A stretch of DNA of 64,000 nucleotides, from positions 65,035 to 129,034 of the forward strand of contig UQMZ01000001.1 of NCBI GenBank assembly GCA_900542185.1, written 5' to 3'. The notes under the pieces were generated by a model. It did no database searches. It was not told where the DNA came from and saw nothing but the letters and a program-made list of their open reading frames with translations. This stretch comes from an uncultured Bacteroidales bacterium (GTDB lineage: Bacteria; Bacteroidota; Bacteroidia; Bacteroidales; Muribaculaceae). Position numbers and translations under genes: made by a program. Shown here one piece after another: positions 1 to 8,961 of the stretch; within the stretch, counting starts at the first letter, position 1, and every line of letters begins with the position of its first letter.

Positions 1-3000
1 CGGAACTCGTCGGCGTCCGCTTCGAAGCGGGTCAGTTCCAGACCGGTAGTATCGAACAGTGAGAACGATTCGCCGTTGTATCCCTTTATAAGCAGACGGC
101 TGCCTACGAGTCGTATGGAGCGGGCTGTGCCTACGCCGTCAATTCCCGATGGATCGGGTTCGTCAGGCATGTTTTTCTCTACGGTAACAGGTATGGACAG
201 CGTCACGGTGCGCCCGTTGGATATGGCATTTACCAATGCGGTGCCGTGCCCATAACCTGAAGGATTGATGGTCAGTCTTCCATTGTCCAGCGTCAGATTG
301 AGTGTGATGTCGTCGCCATCAGCTTCGGTTTCGGCCTCGGGCAATGCGAACACGATTGCATGGTTGTTGTTGTCCGGGTCGTTGACCAGCTTGTACAGGT
401 TCAGCGTCGTGGAAGCGTTGGGCATCGTGCTAAGCTTGTCCACACCCATAATCACACCGTTGAAGTCCTCGTTAAGACGGGCATCCTCCTTGTCGGGGAA
501 GATGGGCATCGACTGGAACCAGTAGTAAGGCTCGAGGTCAATGGTCTTCTTGATCTGGCCTGTAGTAGCGTCCACGAAATGCGTCCAGTTGTAACGGTAG
601 TGGCCGGAAGCCTTGTATTCGGTAGTCATGACGATGAGTTCGCCGGAGCGGTCGTCGTAACGCGATGTTCCGTAAGTACCCTGGGCTACGTTCTTGTTAT
701 TACCGGGCAGTACAGGGTCATTGAGGTCGAAAACAGGCTTGAGGCCCGAGGGATCCGTACCAATCTCCCAGCAGTAGAATCGGCCTGCGCCGCCATTGGA
801 TACGCTGCTGCCGGGCGAGAACCACAACACGTTCTTGGTGTTGGTGCCGAAGAACTGAGTGGTGCGCCATGCGCCCCAGCCGCAGGATACTGTACCGATC
901 GATTCGGGCATTACAACGCTGAGTTCAGTGTTTTCCTCTAATGTTTCGGGATCGATGCAGATGAAGCGCGACGACTTCTTGTCGTCGGTGAGCGAAGCTA
1001 CCCATACATTGCCGTCGGCGCTCAGGGTCACGCTCTGCACGTTGGTGTCCTCGATGGTCTTCACCACCTTGTCGGTGTTGACATCAATGATGAATACGCC
1101 TGTGGCCTGCTTGATTGCGAACACATGTGTGCCGGCATTGACCATGTCGCCGATCTGTCCGGCATAGAGGTTACCGCTGGCTCCTTCGCCGGTATCGCCG
1201 ATCTTGCCCGTAACCTTAATCTGGTTCAGGTCGATGATGTAGATACCCTGGTGTGTCCCCATATATACCTTGTCGGGAGTGGCACCGGCGATGGCACGGC
1301 CGTCGCCGCTGCGGCCCTCGGATTCAAGCTTGATGTCGTCGATGCTGCCCAGACGCTTGAAGGTCTTGGCGTCGGCCACTACCAGGCGTCCGCCGCCGGG
1401 CAGCGGGTCGCCGCCGTCGCTGGCCTGCTTGGAGGCTATCAGCAGCTTGTCGTTCCAGATCACGCCGTACTGCGACGTGCAGCCGAATGACATGCCCGGA
1501 TTCTCACGCTCGTAAACCTGATACATGATGTCCTTGTCCTTGGTGATGAAGTTCATGCCTCCGTTGGTATGGCCATACCATTCCTCGTTCAGGATTATTG
1601 TACCGTCCTGATATGTGTCGGGAGCTACGGGAGTACGGTCCTGATCCACTACCTTCACAGTATACTCGCGAGTGTAGTTCGATCCATCCTTTGCCTTGAC
1701 GATGAGCTTGCATTCGCCTGCGTGATGGCCGCTCAGCTCGCCGAACTGTGTGCGGTTGTTGTCCTCGTCCCAGTAGTTCACCTTATAAATCGATGCTATG
1801 AGGTTCGCCTTGTCGGAGAAGTCGCCGGCGCCCTCGAGGGTGACGTCGAAGTCCCTGATGTCGGCATCGGCGGGAGTGAATTTGCCGATAAGACCGATCA
1901 GATGCTTGGGATTCAGGGTGATTACATCTCCCTCCACGCCTTCGATGTCAATCTTCTGGATGGGTTTGCGCCATGCCACGTTAACATTGAAGTCAGCTTT
2001 GACCTCAGGATTGAAAGCGTATGTGGCCGAGATTACGGCCGAGCCTTCTTTGCGGGCGCATGTCACTTTTCCGGTGTTGGCTACGGTGGCGATGCTGCGA
2101 TCGCTTGTGGAGTACGTGAACTGTGTATAGGTGGCGTTGGCCGGTTCAATCACGAATTCAGGCTGGAACACTTCAGTGAAGTGAGCGTCATAACCGTTCT
2201 CGCCATAAGCATACGATATGGAGGTCACGGGAATCTCAGGAGCCGTCACAGCCACCTTGACGGGATCAGTGTAGTCAAGATTTCCAGTCGAGATATTTGC
2301 GCGGACGCTGAGATAAGCGTCACCCACATTGTTGCCGAATGTCAGCTTTGCCTGAGTATTGCCCTTGGCCGGATCGGTCAGGGTAGCGCGTGATATGATC
2401 TTAGTGTCGGTCTTGCCGGTGGCGTCGAGATAACGCCAGCTGAGCGAACGCAGCGAATTGCCTGCGCCCACATTAAGAAGCACGGGCACGTAAGCCTCGT
2501 CGGCGATGGCGATCTTCATGCCTTCGGGAATCCAGGCGCCCACGGTCTCGGCATTCTCTATATATGTGAAATATTGGAAGGGCTCGGGCAGTGCGGCCGA
2601 TGTGTAGTCAAGCAGCAGCAGGTCGTTGGCCTGTACCTTGTCGCATGCCGACAGCGTGTAACTGTAGTCCTCGCCACGGAATGCCTTCCATGTGGAGCCG
2701 TCGTCGTTCTGAGCCCAGTGGTCATAGGTCTGCTCGGGTGTAACGGTTTCGGCTGATTCAGCGGTGAAGACACCGTTCTGGCCCGTCAGAGCCGAGGAGC
2801 CGGTAAGGCCGATTACGTTATCGCCGTTCAGGTCGAAGCCGTATCCGATGAACTTGCCGGAATTCTTAAGCGCGTAGAAGCGGCGGTCGTTCCGTACAAG
2901 AGTCTCCATGACGGACTCCACGGAAGCTGGGGCCGTGAACCTGACTCCGGCAGTGATGTTCTCCACACCCTTGCCGTCGTTGAAGCGCATCACAACCTGC

Positions 3001-6000
3001 ACATGATCCGGTCCGTCGCCATACCATACCTTCACTTCCTCGGGTATGCTTGCCGTGCCGCGGCTTATGGGGAATTCGGGCGAAGTCAGTGATTTGCCGT
3101 CGGCGGTAACGGCTGTTATGGTAGCGTTGTATGCCACGCCCTTCTTCAGGTCGAGACCTTCGGCCACGAGTTTGCCGTTACTTAACGTCAGGGTGGCTTC
3201 GGCGGCGTTGCCGGAGGCATCCTTATAATTGAGTGTCATGGCCGAAGTCTGGGCCACGGCCATGGAGTTGGCCTTTACGAACTGTGCGGGCAGACCCTCG
3301 GTGTCGCATTCGAATGAGAATGGAATGCGCAGCGTGGTGATTCCATGGTTCACGGTCGACTCGATGTCGTTGCCAGCCGTCAGCTTCGTGACGGAGGGAG
3401 ACTCGATCTTGTTCTTCTTCCAATAGTTTGCAGCCTCGTATGCGCTCTTGCTGCCGGTTGGAACCCACAGGGTCGAGGTGCCGCTATATCCGCTGGGGCT
3501 GAAAGTAGTGCTCTGGCACGAGATCGGCTTGGGATTGCAGATATAGAAGGTGATTCCGGTACAGTTCTGTGCAAGATAAGAGCCCATATAAGTCACGGAA
3601 GCGGGGATTGTCAGCTTGGTGACGCCGGTGGCCTTGATGAAATAACTGCCCAGATAAGTCACAGTCTCGGGAATTTCGATTTCAGTGATAGACTTATTGT
3701 CGGCGAAGGCATAGTTGCCGATACGTTTCAGACCGTCGTTAAGCTTGAAGCCGGAGATTGACGTGCACTTGTCGAAGCAATAGTTGCCCACTTCGGTCAG
3801 AGTTGCGGGGAATGTCACGATGTTACCTTGTTCGTTAGCCTTGGCAGGGACCCCCGCGGGCTGTGAACCTGAATACTTGATTTCGGCAAGTTTGGTGCAA
3901 CCATTGAAAGCATATTGACCCAAAACCGTCACGTCGGGAGCCATCGTCACGCTTTTCAGCGAGGTGCAGCGGTCGAACAAGGAGTTCGGTATTTCCTTGA
4001 TGGCGTCGGGTATTGTCATTGTCTCAAGCGAAGTACAGCTCTTGAATACTTCCGAGCCAAGCTTTGAAACGCCTGAGGGGATATCCATCCTAAGCTTTGA
4101 GCAGCCTGAGAATGCCGCAGCCTTGATTTCCGTGACGGTCTCGGGAATTGAGACGTTTTCCAGCGAAGAACAGCCGGAGAAGAAGCTGTTCGGAATGGCG
4201 GTGAGGCCGGCGGGCAGTTTCACTGTCTTTAAGGCGGAGTTGCTCTGGAATACATTGATTCCCAATGTCTCCACGCCGTCGGGAATGGATATTTCGGTTA
4301 GCTTGCTACCATAGAAGCCGTAGTCGCTGATGGTCTTCAGCGTGGAGGGAAGAGTAACCGAAGCGAGGGCCGAGCAAGACATGAACGAGCGGACGCCGAT
4401 CTTCTCGAACCCTTCGGGAAGCGAGGCGGTACTGATTTTGGTGTAAGCCAGCGCATAGTCGCCTAATTCCTTGAGACTGGCAGGGAACTTGATTTCGGTC
4501 ATGCCCGTACAATCGAAACAAACGGCTTTGCCTATGCCGGCGATTGCATCGGGCAGAGAAAGCTTGGTGATTTTCGATGCCTCGAAGAATGCGCTGTCGT
4601 TCACGGCAGTAATCTTGAATTCGATGTTCTGGTAATTCACCCGGTCGGGCACATTGATTTCGCCGGTATATGCGGCGTTGGCGGCCTTGAGTTTCGTACG
4701 GTCGGAGGGACCGTCTATAGGCATGTATGTGACGCAGGCGGTCTTGGCGCCGTCGGCCATCGAGGTAACGCGGTAAGAAATGCCGTTGGCCACGAAACGG
4801 TCGTTGATCTCGACGCTAAGCACGAATTCGGCGTAATTGGCGAAGTTGCTCCAGCCTGTGGCGGCCTTATAGGCATTGGAAAATCCTACAGGCACGCTCA
4901 GCGTGGCGGTCTGATAAGCGGTGGCGCTGAAAGTGTCGTCGGAGATGGAAATAGGAGACGTAGCCACGCACTTAACGCTGACCAGGGCATCGCATCCGGC
5001 GAATGCCTTGGAATCAACGGCCTTAAGAGCCTTGGGAAGTTCCACGTTCTTGAGCTGTCGGCAATCGGCGAAGGCACCTTCGCCCACAGTCTCTACATGA
5101 GAGGGGATCGTCACGGTCTCGATGCCGGTGCCGGCGAACACTGAAGTCCCGAGGTTCTTGACGGGCGCGGGGTAGAACACGTCCTTGAAAGCAGCGCAAC
5201 CCTTGAAGGCGGCGTCTCCCAGCTTGGTGATGTGGTCGAAACGGTCGGTGCCGGTCGAAACGGCTGGATTGGTGCCGTCCGTGACAGCGAGGGTGACGAG
5301 GGTGGAGCCTTCGAAGGCGCTCTTGCCGATGCTGACCACGCTCTTAGGCAGAGTGACCGACGTCACCTGGCTTCCCTTGAAGGCCTCGTTGTCTATGGCG
5401 GTCACCTTGTAGGTGATGCCGTTGTCGGTGAAGTTGGCCGGTACGGTCACGACGCCGTTATATTGTGTGAGAGTCTCGCCCTCGATGTCGCGGGGCGCCA
5501 CTACCGACACAGTCTTGTTCTGATAGTTCTTCAGCTCATAATAAATGCCGTTGACTTTGAATTCGGTCTTGGCTCCATCGGGAATGGGAGAGGGAGCGGC
5601 TTTGAATTTCTTCCAGTCGCTTGGCATCATGTTCAGCGAGAAGTTCCAGCCATCCCAGCTGCCGTTCTGCAGCACGCGGCCCGAAGCGCCCCAGCCAGAA
5701 TAGCCGAACGAATCGGCCTGTCCTTCCTTGACCCAATAGCTCCAGTAACTGATGTACCAGCCCGCGCCCCAGAAGTCGTCGTTGTCGCGGGCCTTCCAGT
5801 TGTCGTAGTCATAGTCCGAGCTTCCACCTTGGCCGGGCACATAGCCGCGCGGATGAATGAACAGACCGTTTTCAGACTCGTATACCTGATTGCCGTGGCC
5901 GGTGTCGATCAGTGCGATGTCTCCGTCGGCGTCACGGTCCCACCCGAAACCATTAATGGTGTAACCGCCGTTGGGGTCCGTAGGTGAGCTGACATTGGTG

Positions 6001-6398
6001 TACTGAATCAGGCCGTACAGTTGCGGATTGGCAGCCACGACCGCGCGAATCATGTCGGCGCCTGTGGCCTGGCCGTTCCAGCGATAGCCGAACACCAGTG
6101 CCGATGTCTCTTTCGAGTCATTCCATTGGATCACCAGTGCGGCCTGGTTCGAGCCTTCGCCGGCCCAGCTCTCGATCATGTCGAAAGTGAAATCGCCTTC
6201 AGGCACGGGGAGATCGCCGGGATCCTCCGGATAGTCGCTTTGTGCGGCAGCTTTCTGCATGTCAGTAGGTAATGTGGAGCGGTAATCCACACCCTGCACC
6301 GTCTTGGGCACTTTGTCGTACCGTAGCTTAGGCTCCAGAATGGTGGCGCCCAGCGTCAGCACGCATAGTGCGACAAGCATTAGACACAGTTTTTTCAT
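1..6398 (-). CDS. Giant secreted multidomain surface protein, partial (>2130 aa; C-terminus lies beyond the window start). Signal peptide, unassigned N-terminal domain shared with the two upstream genes, BspA-type leucine-rich repeats, Ig-like (Big_2-like) segment, YVTN/YncE-like beta-propeller-like region, probable start of a T9SS C-terminal domain at the window edge
   Basis: My own reverse-strand translation runs from ATG 6398 (MKKLCLMLVALCVLTLGA...) to position 1 with no stop; frame spot-checked at 1-120, 1201-1263, 1441-1500 and 6241-6398. The ORF track does not report ORFs that run off the window, which explains the absence of a listed ORF. Only short, V-rich, low-complexity antisense ORFs appear on the + strand. 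~25-aa repeats of the form IP.SV..IG..AF..C..L are typical BspA-type LRRs. The terminal ...LLIKGYNGESFSLFDTTGLEL resembles the start of a T9SS C-terminal domain. The ATG overlaps the stop of the upstream gene (ATGA at 6395-6398). Confidence 0.7.
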   Translation of the reverse strand, partial: MKKLCLMLVALCVLTLGATILEPKLRYDKVPKTVQGVDYRSTLPTDMQKAAAQSDYPEDPGDLPVPEGDFTFDMIESWAGEGSNQAALVIQWNDSKETSALVFGYRWNGQATGADMIRAVVAANPQLYGLIQYTNVSSPTDPNGGYTINGFGWDRDADGDIALIDTGHGNQVYESENGLFIHPRGYVPGQGGSSDYDYDNWKARDNDDFWGAGWYISYWSYWVKEGQADSFGYSGWGASGRVLQNGSWDGWNFSLNMMPSDWKKFKAAPSPIPDGAKTEFKVNGIYYELKNYQNKTVSVVAPRDIEGETLTQYNGVVTVPANFTDNGITYKVTAIDNEAFKGSQVTSVTLPKSVVSIGKSAFEGSTLVTLAVTDGTNPAVSTGTDRFDHITKLGDAAFKGCAAFKDVFYPAPVKNLGTSVFAGTGIETVTIPSHVETVGEGAFADCRQLKNVELPKALKAVDSKAFAGCDALVSVKCVATSPISISDDTFSATAYQTATLSVPVGFSNAYKAATGWSNFANYAEFVLSVEINDRFVANGISYRVTSMADGAKTACVTYMPIDGPSDRTKLKAANAAYTGEINVPDRVNYQNIEFKITAVNDSAFFEASKITKLSLPDAIAGIGKAVCFDCTGMTEIKFPASLKELGDYALAYTKISTASLPEGFEKIGVRSFMSCSALASVTLPSTLKTISDYGFYGSKLTEISIPDGVETLGINVFQSNSALKTVKLPAGLTAIPNSFFSGCSSLENVSIPETVTEIKAAAFSGCSKLRMDIPSGVSKLGSEVFKSCTSLETMTIPDAIKEIPNSLFDRCTSLKSVTMAPDVTVLGQYAFNGCTKLAEIKYSGSQPAGVPAKANEQGNIVTFPATLTEVGNYCFDKCTSISGFKLNDGLKRIGNYAFADNKSITEIEIPETVTYLGSYFIKATGVTKLTIPASVTYMGSYLAQNCTGITFYICNPKPISCQSTTFSPSGYSGTSTLWVPTGSKSAYEAANYWKKNKIESPSVTKLTAGNDIESTVNHGITTLRIPFSFECDTEGLPAQFVKANSMAVAQTSAMTLNYKDASGNAAEATLTLSNGKLVAEGLDLKKGVAYNATITAVTADGKSLTSPEFPISRGTASIPEEVKVWYGDGPDHVQVVMRFNDGKGVENITAGVRFTAPASVESVMETLVRNDRRFYALKNSGKFIGYGFDLNGDNVIGLTGSSALTGQNGVFTAESAETVTPEQTYDHWAQNDDGSTWKAFRGEDYSYTLSACDKVQANDLLLLDYTSAALPEPFQYFTYIENAETVGAWIPEGMKIAIADEAYVPVLLNVGAGNSLRSLSWRYLDATGKTDTKIISRATLTDPAKGNTQAKLTFGNNVGDAYLSVRANISTGNLDYTDPVKVAVTAPEIPVTSISYAYGENGYDAHFTEVFQPEFVIEPANATYTQFTYSTSDRSIATVANTGKVTCARKEGSAVISATYAFNPEVKADFNVNVAWRKPIQKIDIEGVEGDVITLNPKHLIGLIGKFTPADADIRDFDVTLEGAGDFSDKANLIASIYKVNYWDEDNNRTQFGELSGHHAGECKLIVKAKDGSNYTREYTVKVVDQDRTPVAPDTYQDGTIILNEEWYGHTNGGMNFITKDKDIMYQVYERENPGMSFGCTSQYGVIWNDKLLIASKQASDGGDPLPGGGRLVVADAKTFKRLGSIDDIKLESEGRSGDGRAIAGATPDKVYMGTHQGIYIIDLNQIKVTGKIGDTGEGASGNLYAGQIGDMVNAGTHVFAIKQATGVFIIDVNTDKVVKTIEDTNVQSVTLSADGNVWVASLTDDKKSSRFICIDPETLEENTELSVVMPESIGTVSCGWGAWRTTQFFGTNTKNVLWFSPGSSVSNGGAGRFYCWEIGTDPSGLKPVFDLNDPVLPGNNKNVAQGTYGTSRYDDRSGELIVMTTEYKASGHYRYNWTHFVDATTGQIKKTIDLEPYYWFQSMPIFPDKEDARLNEDFNGVIMGVDKLSTMPNASTTLNLYKLVNDPDNNNHAIVFALPEAETEADGDDITLNLTLDNGRLTINPSGYGHGTALVNAISNGRTVTLSIPVTVEKNMPDEPDPSGIDGVGTARSIRLVGSRLLIKGYNGESFSLFDTTGLELTRFEADADEF

Positions 6399-7969
6399 TT
6401 TACGATGTACTTTAAAGTTATTATTTTGTTTTTGGATTTTCCTTGGATTACGAACATTCCGTTGCCCAAGCCGGGATTAAGGGTCATAGAGTCGCTTTCG
6501 CATGTGAACGACGACAGGGTACGGCCGGAAATGTCGTAGATTGTGAAGAGATATCCCGAGCAGTCTCGGAGGAGGATGGTTCCGTCGGAGGTGACGTTGA
6601 GAACCGGAGCAGAAGTCACGATGTCGCCTACTGCGCCCGGATTATCGGGATTGTCAGGATTGTCAGGATTGTCGGGATCATCGGGATTGTCGGGATCGTC
6701 CGGAATGTTCGCCTTCTCGATGTATGTCAGGTTGTCGGTGCTGTAATCGGGTTGGATGCCTGCGGGGGTGCATGTCAGAATGATTATTGCACGGGGGTTT
6801 ATAAACGAGCCTCCCGACACTTTGTAAATCTCGGGTTCGTTGCGATAGTCGGCATAGATGTCCCAGGAACCGGTCACCATGTTGTGGTCATTCTCATTGA
6901 TGGCCCCGTCGACGTTTGCGTCATAGCTTATGGACACGATCCTGCCGTTGTCGTAAGTCACATGGAAAGCCTTGTCGCCGTTCAGCACGTTTGTGATCAT
7001 GGTGTTGACGGTGTCGTCCCAGCCGCCGCTCCAGCGATAGCCGGCTACGAGATTGTCGGGCTGTTTGCCGTCGTTGAATTTTATTACAAGCGCGGCATAT
7101 TTCTCGCCTTCGCCGGCCCAATACTTGATCTTGTCGAAATCCACAGAGAGCACTTCGGGTTCAGGCTCGGTCATAGTCTCGCCGTAATCGGCCATGACAT
7201 AGTCGAGATTTGCGCTGGGTTCTGGCGCCTCGCCCATCTGGGTCATATCGGGAACGTAGTTCCAGAGATTGACGCTGCCGGGTGTCAGCTGAGCCGACGA
7301 CATGCCGAGGCCTGAATAAGAGGCGTCCGACAGTTCTTGGCCTTCTGAGCCGAGCCAGAAGCTCCAGTAACCGCTATACCATCCGGCTTGCCAATGTAGA
7401 TCCTGGTCGTCCTTATGTTCGGCGTTCAGCTGCCAAAAATCGTAGTCGTATGCAGGATATCCGTATCGGCGTGCGTTGAGGGGATGCTCGATGATGCCGG
7501 TAGTCTTCGAGGCATTGATGGCGGCCTGTATCAGCTGCGGAGTATCGTAGCCGGGAGCCGATGTCTGGCCCATCATCGTATTGGGCTCGAAGTATCCGAA
7601 CGATACTTGGCCGTCGATGGCCGCGCTCTGGAAATCATATTCCAGATAATCGAGGAACTTGCGTCCGGTGCTGAGACCCACTCCGTCAAGAGTGCTTCCC
7701 ATCGATCCGGTGTACTGCACCAAGGCCGACAGCGAGCGGCTTGCGGCTGCCACGCCGCGCAGCATGTCCTCACCCGAGGCCGTGCCGTCCCAGCGATAGC
7801 CCCACACGTAGGCCACATCGTCCTTGCCGTCGTTGAACTGAATCACCAACGCAGCCTGATTAAGGCCTGAGCCTGCCCAATGACGGATCTTGCCGAAGTC
7901 CACGGTCTCCGACCGGGTCGTCAGCGCAGCCGTCAGTAAAAGCATCGTTGATAGTAATGTTTTCTTCAT
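6395..7969 (-). CDS. Secreted T9SS cargo protein (524 aa) with two copies of the unassigned shared domain, a (D-P-D/N)n linker and a T9SS C-terminal sorting domain
   Basis: Signal peptide MKKTLLSTMLLLTAALTT. Domain copy 1 has WAGSGLNQAALVIQFNDG...GYRWDG...YDYDFW...HWQAGWYSGYWSFW. Domain copy 2 has WAGEGEKYAALVIKFNDG...GYRWSG. Linker PDDPDNPDDPDNPDNPDNPDNP. C-terminus ...MFVIQGKSKNKIITLKYIVK is typical of a T9SS C-terminal domain. Confidence 0.75.
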   Translation of the reverse strand: MKKTLLSTMLLLTAALTTRSETVDFGKIRHWAGSGLNQAALVIQFNDGKDDVAYVWGYRWDGTASGEDMLRGVAAASRSLSALVQYTGSMGSTLDGVGLSTGRKFLDYLEYDFQSAAIDGQVSFGYFEPNTMMGQTSAPGYDTPQLIQAAINASKTTGIIEHPLNARRYGYPAYDYDFWQLNAEHKDDQDLHWQAGWYSGYWSFWLGSEGQELSDASYSGLGMSSAQLTPGSVNLWNYVPDMTQMGEAPEPSANLDYVMADYGETMTEPEPEVLSVDFDKIKYWAGEGEKYAALVIKFNDGKQPDNLVAGYRWSGGWDDTVNTMITNVLNGDKAFHVTYDNGRIVSISYDANVDGAINENDHNMVTGSWDIYADYRNEPEIYKVSGGSFINPRAIIILTCTPAGIQPDYSTDNLTYIEKANIPDDPDNPDDPDNPDNPDNPDNPGAVGDIVTSAPVLNVTSDGTILLRDCSGYLFTIYDISGRTLSSFTCESDSMTLNPGLGNGMFVIQGKSKNKIITLKYIVK

Positions 7970-7979
7970 ATTATGTGTA

Positions 7980-8960
7980 TTAAGGAGTAGTTGATGAAGG
8001 ATTTGAAATATATACCGTACGGCATCTGCCGTCGCGTCCCCGTTCTATGTATATGCCGGGGGCTGAGAGAGTCGCTACGGGGCGCCCGTCAAGGCTGAAA
8101 TATCGCGGAGCGTCTTCGGGAAGTTCGATCGTGGGGATCGAACTTGAATTTTCGCCCACATATTCCAATGGACGCAGGGGACGCGAGGCGCCGGAATATC
8201 CGTCCACAGGGTCGCGCCACGCGGGATAATTATCGTGGCGATTGAAGTTCAGCACCAGGAAGTCGCCGTCGGCAAGTGTAAGACGGTCGTACGCCATGCC
8301 GGTGTATTTCATCAGTGCCACGTCGTCGGTGCCGGTCCATATCACCCAGTTGCCGGTGTTCCATCCGGCGTTCCAGTGCCTGTAGGGTGCTATGTCGCGC
8401 ACCACCCAGTAGTCGTAGTCATAACTTGGCATTCCGAAGGAGAGGGCGTTGATGGGATGCTCTACCACATGATTGCTCTTCTGCGCCGCGTTGATAGCCG
8501 AGCGGCACAGATTCACGGTGTCATCGCCGGGTCCCGTGAGATTACCCTGCGCGTCGGTGGCGAAATAGTTGAACGGTATGGTGAGGTCCTCCCGCGCGGA
8601 GTCGAAGTCGAACCAGAGGTTTCGAAGCACGTCGCATCCGATGCCGAACCCGATGCCCCCCAGACAGAAGCGTTCGGGCGTAGACGAGGTGCGTTGCTCC
8701 AGCAAGCATAGTGTCGAGTCCGATGCGCAGAGGCTTCTCAACGCATCGCGACATGTGGTGTCGCCGCTCCATCTGAAGCCGAACACATAGATGCAGTCGG
8801 CCACGCCGTCGTTGAACTGAATGCCGATGGCGGCGCGGTTCGGTCCTTGTCCCGACCAGCGGGCAATGCGGTCCCATTCCAACCGCGAGGCGACGGCCGG
8901 AAGAGTCATGGCCATGAAGGCCAGCAATGCCATTGCTATATGTCGGAAACTATGGTTCAT
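7980..8960 (-). CDS. Secreted protein (326 aa) carrying one copy of the unassigned shared domain; possible T9SS C-terminal domain
   Basis: Signal peptide MALLAFMAMTLPAVAS. Domain motifs RWSGQGPNRAAIGIQFNDG...FGFRWSG...EHPINALSFGMPSYDYDYW...HWNAGWNTGNWVIW match the paralogous domains in 6395-7969 and in the giant gene. C-terminus ...GIYIERGRDGRCRTVYI is CTD-like. Confidence 0.65.
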   Translation of the reverse strand: MNHSFRHIAMALLAFMAMTLPAVASRLEWDRIARWSGQGPNRAAIGIQFNDGVADCIYVFGFRWSGDTTCRDALRSLCASDSTLCLLEQRTSSTPERFCLGGIGFGIGCDVLRNLWFDFDSAREDLTIPFNYFATDAQGNLTGPGDDTVNLCRSAINAAQKSNHVVEHPINALSFGMPSYDYDYWVVRDIAPYRHWNAGWNTGNWVIWTGTDDVALMKYTGMAYDRLTLADGDFLVLNFNRHDNYPAWRDPVDGYSGASRPLRPLEYVGENSSSIPTIELPEDAPRYFSLDGRPVATLSAPGIYIERGRDGRCRTVYISNPSSTTP

Positions 8961-8961
8961 G

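Noticed and set aside
265-6272. Numerous + strand ORFs (e.g. 360-941, 1569-2393, 5232-5987)
   Set aside because: Val/Gly-rich low-complexity translations lying antisense to the single long minus-strand reading frame that carries recognisable LRR, Ig and signal-peptide features.
6443-7315. 290-aa + strand ORF
   Set aside because: Antisense to the 524-aa T9SS protein gene. Repetitive GIVRIV composition comes from the DPDNP repeat DNA.
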